Shown: positions 8,058 through 17,236, counted from the first letter of the stretch. The stretch: DNA of 24,248 nt from Candidatus Geocrenenecus huangii (GCA_023254095.1 JALNLM010000008.1:42067-66314), one strand, 5' to 3'. Notes: generated from the sequence alone by a model not told the origin. Translations and numbers: made by a program.

Positions 8058-9611
8058 CTAGGTAACTGTTCTAGGTGGTTGCGGGAGCTCTTTTATTCTA
8101 CTCTTTACTTCTTTAGGCCAAGAATCAAAATTGAAGCCATGTCTAGCTAGGAATCCCGCAGCCCACCTTGTTAATCCATGGCCTACGCATCCAGTCCATA
8201 TCTCCCTATTCTTAGCTTCTTTAATCTTGAATGCTTTAACGTAATAATCTCTATGGACGGTTGCAGCTGTTATCTCAAGCCACTCGGCTTTATCTCTCGC
8301 TCCTCTATAAGGTAGGTAAACTTCTATGTCGAGTGTGGGTATCTTGTCGAGGCTTGATACATCTATGAGACGTTTAGAAGCTTCTTCAGGGGATAAGAAG
8401 AAAGGTGCTCCAGCCACCAACCTCCACTCCATGTCTAGAATCTTATCGATTAACTCTATCGATAACTCTGTTACTTTATTTCTTATCTCAATTATTTCCT
8501 CGGGGCTTGCCAAGAAGACCATCTCCATCCTCCAGAACTCGTTTGTTCTGACAATACCCTCGACTCCTCCAGCCTCGTTTCTCCAAGTCCATCCTCCTAA
8601 GACATCGAAGACCTTGATAGGCAAGTCTTCTAGTCTAACAATCTCTTCTGAGAAATATTGGTAGAATGGTGGACACTGTACAGCTTCTAGAACATATCCA
8701 GGCTCTTCTAAAATATTCTTAAGTAAATCTTTCCTCAGCTCCCTCCTCAACATATATTCTCTCTTAAATTCTTCAAAAGCTGATGGATCTCTAGGCGGAG
8801 CGCAAACATAGAATAATCCTTCTGGCAAATGCTCTACGTAGGTTGAAAGTCTCCGGAATACATCGAAAGGCATTAGTCTCGGGAACATCCATTCCTGGAA
8901 GCCGAGCGGTTTCGCAACGTAGTCAATTATCAATTCTGACAACGTTCTAAGTAGAGCGGTCATGGGGCCTGTGAAGATCCATTGACCTCTACCCGGATAA
9001 CGTTTAGCCCATCCGAGTCTTTCCGCTTCAGCAGAGATCTCTCCATCGAATAGAAATGTTTTCTCTACACCTTTCCTCAAAAGTGTACCGAATGGTGCAA
9101 GCTTCTCAGCTTCTTCTACAACTTTTTCTTTCTCCCTAACTAATCTTATCGCTCTATCCACTATTCTATCACGTATATCGTGGTCGGATAGGTTTCTAAA
9201 GATCAAGACTAATGTATTGTCTTCTACTGATATTTCAGCAACACCTTTAAGCTTTTCTTCAGCAGATTGCCTATTTACATGCTCCCCCGAGATCTTGACT
9301 ACGAGCTTATCTACGAAGACCTCTCTCACACCGACCTTCATAGATTGTCCAAGCTTTTCCACCAACAGGTTCTTCAATCTGAGAAATGCATCATGAGCTC
9401 TAAGCCTTCCCCCAGATATTATCTTTACTCTAAGCCTTCTTCCTTCTCCACCATACTCTACTATGATTGCAGCCTCAGCAGCTTCCTTTATTTGGATACT
9501 TTCTCTAAATCTTTCATTTACTTCTCTAATTAACTCAGATACCTGAGACGCTATACTATTTACCTCTGTGGTTAACTCAAGGTATCCTTCTAGCTCGATT
9601 CTGAGCTCCAT
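8058..9611 (-). CDS. serS: Seryl-tRNA synthetase, type 2 (methanogen-type, Zn-dependent)
   Basis: RAHDA.LR N-terminal domain, YPGRGQW, QCPPFY, GWTWRNEAGG, R.NEF.R.E and IWTGC.GHGLTRW match methanogen-type SerRS, including Cys/Glu/Cys zinc ligands. ATG 9611 (MELRIELEGY) preferred over GTG 9644. Confidence 0.9.
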   Translation of the reverse strand: MELRIELEGYLELTTEVNSIASQVSELIREVNERFRESIQIKEAAEAAIIVEYGGEGRRLRVKIISGGRLRAHDAFLRLKNLLVEKLGQSMKVGVREVFVDKLVVKISGEHVNRQSAEEKLKGVAEISVEDNTLVLIFRNLSDHDIRDRIVDRAIRLVREKEKVVEEAEKLAPFGTLLRKGVEKTFLFDGEISAEAERLGWAKRYPGRGQWIFTGPMTALLRTLSELIIDYVAKPLGFQEWMFPRLMPFDVFRRLSTYVEHLPEGLFYVCAPPRDPSAFEEFKREYMLRRELRKDLLKNILEEPGYVLEAVQCPPFYQYFSEEIVRLEDLPIKVFDVLGGWTWRNEAGGVEGIVRTNEFWRMEMVFLASPEEIIEIRNKVTELSIELIDKILDMEWRLVAGAPFFLSPEEASKRLIDVSSLDKIPTLDIEVYLPYRGARDKAEWLEITAATVHRDYYVKAFKIKEAKNREIWTGCVGHGLTRWAAGFLARHGFNFDSWPKEVKSRIKELPQPPRTVT

Positions 9612-9854
9612 ACTACGCCGCGCCGTTCGAATAATCTCTATCACTCTTAAAATAAATATTTTTATAACTCGACATGCACAGGCTAGATAACTTCTCTTAA
9701 TGCTTTGAATATCTAAATTGTATTATAGTGGTTAGCCCGAATTTTTATCTAAAGTTTGACCCCCTCCTGCTCTAAGTAAGACAAAGAAAATCTCCATCTC
9801 TTCTGGTAGAGTCAACCTTTTAAACTCCCGTTACATCATCGAATTCGAGAGAAG

Positions 9855-10619
9855 ATGTCTTTTAGGATTAGGTTACCGAGCGCGGATTACTTCTCGGACT
9901 TGATGAAGGCAGTACAAGCCGTTGTAGATGAGGGGACATTCAAGATTACCGATGAAGGCATTAGGTTGATAGCTATGGATCCAGCCCACATATCTCTAGT
10001 TGACTTCGAGCTAAGTAACTCGGCGGCTGAAGAATATGAATGTAGTGGAGAGCTCCAGATGACTTTAAGCATATCTGAGATGATGAAGTTTCTTAGAAGG
10101 GTTAAGAAGGGAGAATCCTTAACGATAGTATATGATGACCAGGCCAGAAAGCTTAGCATAGTGCTGCTGGATGCAACGAGCTCTCGGGAGAGAACCTTCA
10201 CCTTAAATACTTTGGAGACTGTTGAGGCAAGGAGCACGACCCCCAAGCTATCCTTCGATGCGAAAGCTAGATTAAACGTAGACGCTGTGAAAGACGCTAT
10301 AAAGGATAGCGATGTTGTAAGCGACTACGTGAAGATAACGATAAACCCGGAGGAAGTGATATTCCTGGCGAAAGGAGAGCTTGGGACGGTTCAGACAAAG
10401 CTTAGTAAAACAGGCGCAGCAGTCTACGAGATAGAAGCGGATAAAGAAGTATGGGCAAACTTCAGCATAACATATCTAGACAAGATCGTGAAAGCAGGAG
10501 GCGACCTATCAGAAGAAGTAATCATGAACCTATCAACAAACAAACCCATAAAACTCAGCTTCCCCATCCCTTCAGGAAAACTAGACTACCTAATAGCACC
10601 AAGAATAGAGGGAACGTAA
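9855..10619 (+). CDS. pcn: DNA polymerase sliding clamp (PCNA)
   Basis: AMDPAHISL motif, C-terminal YLIAPRIE, 254 aa; TATA-like TTTTAAA at 9818-9824. Confidence 0.96.
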   Translation: MSFRIRLPSADYFSDLMKAVQAVVDEGTFKITDEGIRLIAMDPAHISLVDFELSNSAAEEYECSGELQMTLSISEMMKFLRRVKKGESLTIVYDDQARKLSIVLLDATSSRERTFTLNTLETVEARSTTPKLSFDAKARLNVDAVKDAIKDSDVVSDYVKITINPEEVIFLAKGELGTVQTKLSKTGAAVYEIEADKEVWANFSITYLDKIVKAGGDLSEEVIMNLSTNKPIKLSFPIPSGKLDYLIAPRIEGT

Positions 10620-10876
10620 CATTCTAGCCATCTATGAGCTCATAGACTACATAGAATCGAGAAATATTTATTAAAGTAATATCTCGGTAAATCTTAATCT
10701 TATAAACTTGTGGTTACCCTGACTTGGAAAGATAAATAAGTCTCCGTAGGCAGTAATAGAGATAGCTAATGGAAACTGGTTTGGTGAAGATTAATGGATT
10801 GTTGTCGGCCTACTCTTTTCTACAGTCTTTTATATGAGTCGTTATTCTTTCGGGCAGTCTTTCGAGAGGTGAAACT

Positions 10877-12049
10877 CTGAAAGCAGTTATTGTTGGAGTA
10901 GGAGCGGTAGGGTCAGTTATAGCTAAACATCTTGCGAAAAGCGAAGAAATTGAAGAATTAATACTTGCAGATAAATACTATGATAGAGCTAAGAAGGTAG
11001 CGTTAGAAACAGGTAGAAAGAAGGTAATTCCAAAGAGAGTAAATGCGATGAATATTGAGCAGGTAGTTAGAATCGCTAAGAATTCGGATGTATTGATCAA
11101 TGCGACTCTCCCGAGATTCAATATTCAGTTGATGAAAGCTTCTCTTAAATCTGGAGCACACTACATAGACCTAGCAAGTGACGATCCAGACCAGCAGCTG
11201 AAATTCCATGAAGCATTTAAAGAAGGAGGATTAACAGGAATAATCTGCATGGGTGAAGACCCAGGATTATCTAATCTTTTCGCTAGATATGCTGCAGACC
11301 AATTAACAAAAGTAGAATCTATAAAGATTAGAGACTGTGAAAGCAGTATAGTTAAAGGCATGAGAAGCCATCTAACACCGCTCTTCTCTAAAGAAGTATA
11401 CTTTGCAGAACTTTTTGAATCCGCATACATTTATCAGAATGGTAGATTTAAGAAGCTTCCACCTCTGAGCGGATATGAAGAATACGAGTTTCCATCACCT
11501 ATTAACAGGTTACCCGTATACGCTGTCTCACATGAAGAAGTCTTCACGCTTCCCAAATACATTAAAGGCATAAAATATGTAGACTTTAAGCTCTCCATAC
11601 CTAAAGATGTAGTCCAAATACTAAAAGTACTAAAAGTAATTGGTCTACTCAGTAAGAAGAAAGTTAAGGTCGACGGTCAGGAGGTTTCGCCTGCCAGGGT
11701 TCTCTACGCTGTTTTACCGAATCCTGAAGAGCTTGCTGGTAAAGTATCGGGATATGCTGGAATAGCCGTAGAAGTTAAAGGAAAGAAAGGTAGAAAACAT
11801 ATGAAGTACACTATCTATACGATGATGAGCCATGAAGAAGCATACGAGGAATTTGATACGACCGCTACAGCATACTTAACCGGGACACCTCCAGCCGCAC
11901 TCGCAATAATGCTAGGAGAAGAAGAGATCAAGGCTAGAGGAGTCTATCCACCTGAATATTTATCCCCAACACCCATACTTCAAAACCTAGCAGAATACGA
12001 TATTAGAATACATTCAATAGTAACAGAAGAAGCACCAATACATCTCTAA
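10877..12049 (+). CDS. Saccharopine dehydrogenase / carboxy(nor)spermidine dehydrogenase-fold NAD(P)-dependent oxidoreductase, paralogue 1 (CTG start)
   Basis: The frame is open upstream of ATG 11048 and encodes the Rossmann motif KAVIVGVGAVG starting right after CTG 10877; downstream HYIDLA, GEDPGLSNLFARY, HEEV and AYLTG.P motifs. Confidence 0.85.
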   Translation: MKAVIVGVGAVGSVIAKHLAKSEEIEELILADKYYDRAKKVALETGRKKVIPKRVNAMNIEQVVRIAKNSDVLINATLPRFNIQLMKASLKSGAHYIDLASDDPDQQLKFHEAFKEGGLTGIICMGEDPGLSNLFARYAADQLTKVESIKIRDCESSIVKGMRSHLTPLFSKEVYFAELFESAYIYQNGRFKKLPPLSGYEEYEFPSPINRLPVYAVSHEEVFTLPKYIKGIKYVDFKLSIPKDVVQILKVLKVIGLLSKKKVKVDGQEVSPARVLYAVLPNPEELAGKVSGYAGIAVEVKGKKGRKHMKYTIYTMMSHEEAYEEFDTTATAYLTGTPPAALAIMLGEEEIKARGVYPPEYLSPTPILQNLAEYDIRIHSIVTEEAPIHL

Positions 12050-12156
12050 ACAATAAAAATCAATCAACTAGGTAGTGATGCATGATCAAAGTTAAGCGGA
12101 CAAGCCTAAAATCTAATTAGATACTTTTAACCAAATCCTGTTTCGAGTGAGCTGGA

Positions 12157-12816
12157 ATGGAGTTAATAATCGACGAAAAGGTTAGGGAACGTTTTCCAGA
12201 CTTGTTAGTCTTGTTAGCGAGGTTAGACTCCGTGGAGGTTAGAAAGGTCTCAGAGGAGTTAGAGAAGTTTAAGCTGGAGGTTTACGAGCGTGTTAGGTCA
12301 AGGTACACGTTGGAAAGCTTGAAAGATGACCCGGTAGTCAAGTTATATAGGAACTTCTTTTGGAGGATAGGGATTGACCCCACAAAGATAAGACCTGCGT
12401 CCGAAGCCTTAATCCGGAGAATTCTCAGCGGTGAAGAACTTCCAACTATAAACACGCTTGTCGACTCTTACAATCTTGCCTCTGCTGAATCCGGTGTAGC
12501 TCTGGCGGCCTTTGACGCTGACAAGATCGAAGACAGTATGTTGATGAGGTTTGCAGAGCAGGGTGAATCTTTTCATGGAATAGGCATGAAAGAGCCTAGA
12601 ATCTTAAAAGGCGGAGAGCTAGTAATATCAGATTCTAAGAGGCTCATAGCGATCTACCCCTATCGTGACGCCGATTACAGCAAGGTGACTCTACAAACTA
12701 GAAATATCTATCTAATGACTTGCGGTATCCCCGGGTTATCCCCTCCGAAGCTAAGGGAAGCTGAAGAATTAGCAGTGAAATACATCATTAGGTTTTGCGG
12801 TGGTAGACGTGTCTGA
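12157..12816 (+). CDS. Stand-alone B3/4 domain protein (PheRS-beta editing-domain family)
   Basis: YR.FFWRIGIDPTKIRPASEALIRR, LP.IN.LVD.YNLAS, FDAD and YPYRD motifs; TATA-like TTTTAA at 12125-12130. Confidence 0.9.
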   Translation: MELIIDEKVRERFPDLLVLLARLDSVEVRKVSEELEKFKLEVYERVRSRYTLESLKDDPVVKLYRNFFWRIGIDPTKIRPASEALIRRILSGEELPTINTLVDSYNLASAESGVALAAFDADKIEDSMLMRFAEQGESFHGIGMKEPRILKGGELVISDSKRLIAIYPYRDADYSKVTLQTRNIYLMTCGIPGLSPPKLREAEELAVKYIIRFCGGRRV

Positions 12817-13112
12817 ACCTTAAATATCTCAACGAATTAAATTGCTCAGCATTAGCCTAGAGTCATCATCGACTTGGAAAGCAGGAAGGATTATCCACGC
12901 AAATATTTTTCACACTCGAAGAATTCGATTTTTATGATTGTGCCTACGACTTCGTAATAATTGTTGAGGAGAAGATAACAGTCGATCTATTAAACTCGAC
13001 GAATCTGACGAAAATCAATGAAAAATAGAGTGTTAACTTAATCAATCTACGGATAATACGTCACATAGATACGCAAAGCTAAAAAATAACATAGTAAAAC
13101 TCGTATAATGTA

Positions 13113-13187
13113 GGGGCCGTGGTCTAGCATGGCTATGATACGCGGCTTGGGCCCGCGTGGTCCTGGGTTCAAATCCCAGCGGCCCCA
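13113..13187 (+). tRNA. tRNA-Pro (anticodon TGG), intron-less, CCA not encoded
   Basis: Acceptor stem GGGGCCG/CGGCCCC with discriminator A; anticodon arm CGCGG-CTTGGGC-CCGCG; T arm CTGGG-TTCAAAT-CCCAG. Confidence 0.96.
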
Positions 13188-13427
13188 TTATATGGTGAGC
13201 TATGTTGGTAGTAGCATATGCTTCTTGAGATGGTTTTTCGAGCTGCCTATGCTTCCGCTATATCGTGAACCCAGCGAGTTCATAGAACCTCAACAAATCC
13301 CATACTCTAACGCATAGAATGGAAGAAGACTTAGACATATATGAAGATGTTGTAGAGGTAGAATATCTGAGTTGCTTCTTTACGTCACCCGATCTAGAAG
13401 ATATAGTAGAAGTAAGGGATGGTGGAG

Positions 13428-13583
13428 ATGGCTAGAGTCTTCAGGCAGGGAGACCTGATTCTGAGAGAATCTAAACTGCTCCCAAACATCTATAGGGGGA
13501 GGAGATATATTAATCGTGGATAGTGAGATAGGCATAACCTCAGACTCAGTGATAATTTTCCTAGCATATTACCCTCATCCTTA
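13428..13583 (+). pseudogene. Probable decayed fragment of a small RQGD-motif hypothetical protein
   Basis: SD-like GGTGG then ATG 13428 encoding MARVFRQGDLILRE...; stop at 13523, with a plausible continuation GDILIVDSEIG in a shifted frame from ~13501. Confidence 0.3.
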
Positions 13584-13709
13584 AGGAGTGGATGACATCA
13601 TATACAAAGCTTAGGAAGAGTGTTGACAGCTGCTTCGGCTTTATTCATGGGGGTCTTTATAGTATGTTGGTAAATGAAGTAAAACATATATTATTAATAT
13701 GTGTTTTAT

Positions 13710-13940
13710 ATGAAAACCATAACAGTCTCTGACGAAGTATATGAGGAGTTAGAGAGCATAAAAGGTAAACGATCTTTCTCCGAGGTCATAAACTTTCTCA
13801 TTAAGTCTAATGTGTCGCTAAGGATTGAGAAGATTTTATCATTATCGAATTACTTAACGGGTAGTGAGGATGAAATGCTAGAAGTAGTAAAGAGAATAAA
13901 GGCGGAGTTCAGAGTGAGAACGTATGAGGCTTCTCATTGA
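13710..13940 (+). CDS. vapB: VapB-type antitoxin (archaeal MKTITVS-DEVY family)
   Basis: MKTITVSDEVYEELESIKGKRSFSEVI pattern; overlaps the downstream PIN gene by 17 nt. Confidence 0.85.
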   Translation: MKTITVSDEVYEELESIKGKRSFSEVINFLIKSNVSLRIEKILSLSNYLTGSEDEMLEVVKRIKAEFRVRTYEASH

Positions 13941-14270
13941 CACGAGCTTCTTAATAGCTCTTAAGAAGGGAGATCTGAAAGCACGTAAAACTCTGGAATC
14001 TCTGAAAGATAAAGTGGAAGACATAGGAATAAGTAGATTAACAGAGTATTATCTTATGGTTGGAGCGCTTTATCTGTGGAGAAAATACGGATATGCAAGA
14101 GAACTTGCATGGCTTGACGAAGCTCTAAAATGGTAACGATATACGACGTTGATGATGAAGTCATTAGACTTGCATCCAAGATTAAGGTTGAAGCATTACT
14201 GAAAGGTGAGGAGATTTATGACGTCGACTTGATGATAGCGGTTTCCGGAACCCGGTCTCTAACAATATAG
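13924..14270 (+). pseudogene. vapC: VapC PIN-domain toxin, frameshifted and C-terminally truncated
   Basis: LLIDTSFLI and IS.LT..E-like motifs up to TAA 14134-14136. The PIN continuation VTIYDVDDEVIRLASKI...G..I.DVDLMIA is in the -1 frame (14133-14270) and ends without the usual L.T.D motif. Confidence 0.8.
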
Positions 14271-14399
14271 ACAGCAAATAAGTAGTCGTAACTATTGTTG
14301 ATTGTAATTTTAGAAAACTGTGTAGAAATTATATGTTGATTATAGATCTTAGGTTATGTTTTTGTAGAAGATGTTCTTGAATATTTTTAGGTGTTTGTA

Positions 14400-14612
14400 A
14401 TGTCTCAGAGGATATGTAGAATTGATTCAAATCTTAAGAGTTGTAATTGTACTTACGAGCCATGCCCTAGGAAAGGTATATGCTGTGAATGTCTACGCTA
14501 TCATTGGAGTCATCGTGAGCTTCCAGCATGTTTCTTTCCCCCTGAGATAGAGAGAACATACGATAGATCTTTGAAAACATTCATAAATTATTGGGGCAAG
14601 AAGATAAGGTAA
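14400..14612 (+). CDS. Small Cys-rich conserved protein (DUF6485-like, probable metal-binding)
   Basis: CNCTYEPCPRKGICCECLRYH...ELPACFF...E.TYDRS pattern with 8 Cys; SD-like AGGTG before ATG 14400. Confidence 0.75.
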   Translation: MSQRICRIDSNLKSCNCTYEPCPRKGICCECLRYHWSHRELPACFFPPEIERTYDRSLKTFINYWGKKIR

Positions 14613-14732
14613 CGGATATCCAGTGACCAAGTCTTCTAAGCGGATCGAGTAGATTTTAACCCGTGTAGCCGGCCAACCTGTCGTTATGAACCTATCTTCC
14701 TAAGCCATTATTTCAGGATACAAATTTTATTT

Positions 14733-15785
14733 TTAGATGTTCGGCATACTAGACTCTTTATTTGAGGTTAGATGTTGATAATATTCTCTTGGAGAGAGTT
14801 CAGGATAATCTCTTGATCGTGTTGCGATGCATCTCCTCATATCTAAGCATAGATGGCATTTAGATATGTAGCCGCCAACTTTTTCTTTATAGTTAAATTC
14901 TTTTACGACAAATTTGTAGAGTTCCCCTAGGTTCTTGTTTATCAACATTTCTAGTATCGGTTTATCATCCAATTCTATTCCTTCTTCTACTAGTTGGTCT
15001 AGTTTTCTTGCATCTCCAAGCGATATTCCTCCACAATATCCTGTCATATAGTTTCCATAGTTATCGATATGCGCATGCCATTCTCTGAGAAGACTTGACC
15101 TACAGTTTTCTCTGAAGAAGACGTGGGCAGGATATTTATTGAATAGGTGTCTAAGCTGGTAACATGCTCGACCCATAGGTATGAGCTCGACCATTTCTAA
15201 ACCCTCAACTCCATACATCCTTATGTAGTCTTCAAACTTGAGTAATCCTCTTAGATTCGCTTCTTTAAACTGTTTATAGAACTCGTATTGATATATCATT
15301 GTATTTATTCCGAAGACTTTGAAGCTTGATATGATGTTGTTTTCTATTCTCTCGAAGGGTATGTACTCGGTTATGAATGGGTTAACACTTACCAGTATCC
15401 CGTCGAGTCCGGCTTCTTTAAGTTCCCTCAACCTCTCAATAGTCTTCTCGGGATCCATGCACCAGAAAGAGTTTGTTTCAACAAAGGTCGAGGGTATACC
15501 ATGTTCTTTTGCGATTTCTACCGCTTCCAGAAGAAGAGAGTAGTTTAGGAATGGCTCGCCTCCTGTAAAATGTAACCCATAGTTAATTCCCACCCTAGAG
15601 ACTCCATATGGTGAAGGCATGATCTTGTCTGAGAGCTGGGAGAGTATCGTTTTTAAATCATTTATCGTTATCCAATCGTTACTCCATCTAGGCGAGCATG
15701 CATACATACAATGCCTGCATTCAGAGTTACATCTATATGAGAAGAGTATACCGCATGAGGTAGGCGTAGGTGGAATAATCTTCAT
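14733..15785 (-). CDS. Radical SAM protein of unknown function
   Basis: CxxxCxxC (RCNSECRHCMY), FTGGEPF, ETN and C-terminal Cys motifs (GYCGG, KCHLC). Confidence 0.9.
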   Translation of the reverse strand: MKIIPPTPTSCGILFSYRCNSECRHCMYACSPRWSNDWITINDLKTILSQLSDKIMPSPYGVSRVGINYGLHFTGGEPFLNYSLLLEAVEIAKEHGIPSTFVETNSFWCMDPEKTIERLRELKEAGLDGILVSVNPFITEYIPFERIENNIISSFKVFGINTMIYQYEFYKQFKEANLRGLLKFEDYIRMYGVEGLEMVELIPMGRACYQLRHLFNKYPAHVFFRENCRSSLLREWHAHIDNYGNYMTGYCGGISLGDARKLDQLVEEGIELDDKPILEMLINKNLGELYKFVVKEFNYKEKVGGYISKCHLCLDMRRCIATRSRDYPELSPREYYQHLTSNKESSMPNI

Positions 15786-15891
15786 GATACAGTGCCCAAT
15801 CTTGTATGGTCGAAGCGTCGTTATGAGTTTTATTAAGGTCTAAGGTGGCCAGAAGATTCTAGTTAATGAAAGTGTTATAAGAATATTGCAT

Positions 15892-17109
15892 CTATAAGGG
15901 TTCCCTGAGCTCCGATATTCTTCTTTCTTCAAATATCAATGGTAAGTTATGTTTCGTCAATTCTTTAATGAATGGCTGGGGGTTAAGCTGCTCGGGGAAG
16001 AGTAACCCTTTCCCTCTTAATTCCCCTCTAAGTAGTAGGCTGACTCCTATGGCTGCAGGTAAACCCACGAGGTATGAAGTACCGTTAACTCCTACTCTGT
16101 CATACGCTTCTTTATGCGAGATATATGTGAAAATCTTCTGCGATAGAAAGGCATCATTTTTTCTTCCTTTGACTTCTACTTCAATGCCGGCGTATCCCTG
16201 AATGTCTACTAAATCTATTGGTTGGGGTAAAACCTCGACGACCACGTCAAAAGGTGATACCTGCACTCCCTTGACGTTAACTTTCTCTCTAGATAGTAGC
16301 TTCATCTTCCACAGAGCTCTAATGATCTCTGCAGATAATCCATCATAATTATACCAGAATGATATTCTTCTTGCTTTCTTTGGAAGGAATACCGAGAGAG
16401 TCCAGACTTCCGGATGTTCTTTTAGATAGATTTTCTTAACTTTTACTGGATCAGGGAAAACGTGTTCTTGGCAGATGCTTAGAGGCTCAGCCTTCTTGAA
16501 TACTCCGTCTTCATAGTATATAGCTGGAGCGATACTTGACAATAATAATTCTTCTCTACTCCATAATGGTACAATGATAAACCTATTATCTTCAACCGTG
16601 TCCGCGTCTCTTATCACCACCTCATCTAATTCATCGAAATTCTCTACTAAGTATCTTGCAAAGATATTTGAGAGGCCAGGGTCTTCTCCTAACCCCAGTA
16701 TCCCAGTCAACTCATTCTTTCTCCATTCAGAATCTCTCTGTAGATGTAGCTCAACCATTTCCTTAAATCTGGAGCCTTCTTCTATCCATAATTCTTCTCC
16801 ACCGGTTAGACTTATAAAGTTGCATTTATTCCTCAAGCAGTTTTCTATAAGGTTTAGATTCAAGGAATAATGTGCTGCGTTAACTAGGATGCTCGCATTC
16901 TTCATTAATTTACTTAGTTGGTCTGAATTTCTCGCATCAACTTTATGTATAGATATCTTTTCCCTCCCGTATTTTTCTTCGAGATGTTTAAGATTCTTTT
17001 CAGATATATCTACTGCTATGATCTGGTCTACTAACGGGTCTGGGATGAGGGTGGAGACGATAACGTGGCCGACCCCACCCACACCAATAACCATGACGTT
17101 TCCAGACAA
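15892..17109 (-). CDS. Saccharopine/carboxyspermidine dehydrogenase-fold oxidoreductase, paralogue 2
   Basis: VIGVGGVG Rossmann motif, GEDPGLSNIFARY, HPEV and SYLVG.P motifs. TTG 17109 preferred as start because GGGAGAGGGTG lies just upstream (ORF track extends to 17139). Confidence 0.85.
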   Translation of the reverse strand: MSGNVMVIGVGGVGHVIVSTLIPDPLVDQIIAVDISEKNLKHLEEKYGREKISIHKVDARNSDQLSKLMKNASILVNAAHYSLNLNLIENCLRNKCNFISLTGGEELWIEEGSRFKEMVELHLQRDSEWRKNELTGILGLGEDPGLSNIFARYLVENFDELDEVVIRDADTVEDNRFIIVPLWSREELLLSSIAPAIYYEDGVFKKAEPLSICQEHVFPDPVKVKKIYLKEHPEVWTLSVFLPKKARRISFWYNYDGLSAEIIRALWKMKLLSREKVNVKGVQVSPFDVVVEVLPQPIDLVDIQGYAGIEVEVKGRKNDAFLSQKIFTYISHKEAYDRVGVNGTSYLVGLPAAIGVSLLLRGELRGKGLLFPEQLNPQPFIKELTKHNLPLIFEERRISELREPL

Positions 17110-17236
17110 AGAACACCCTCTCCCACTCAAGCCTAACAATTAGTAATACATGCATAAATTCTTTAATTATGAATAAAAATAAAGAATAGATGAAATATGC
17201 AAAAATTAGGCTTAACTAGAATGAATAATATAAGAT

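Noticed and set aside
10721-12881. 11-bp direct repeat GACTTGGAAAG at 10721 and 12871 flanking paralogue 1 and the B3/4 gene (possible target-site duplication)
   Set aside because: Many 11-mer matches are expected by chance in 24 kb; no transposase or terminal inverted repeats were seen.
7906-13019. 12-bp intergenic repeat ACGAAAATCAAT at 7906 and 13008
   Set aside because: AT-rich, with inconsistent position and orientation relative to promoters; compatible with chance.
12860-13028. Start-less open stretch (…GKQEGLSTQIFFTLEEFDFYDCAYDF…) upstream of tRNA-Pro
   Set aside because: No start codon or recognisable motif; cannot be supported as a gene or pseudogene.
13129-13317. 62-aa ORF in the track (MAMIRGLGPRGPGFKSQRPH...)
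   Set aside because: Its 5' part is the translation of the tRNA-Pro gene; spurious.
14400-15785. Cys-rich small protein plus radical SAM as a RiPP (sactipeptide/ranthipeptide) precursor-maturase pair
   Set aside because: The genes are convergent, there is no RRE domain, peptidase or exporter, and the small protein looks like a conserved metal-binding domain.
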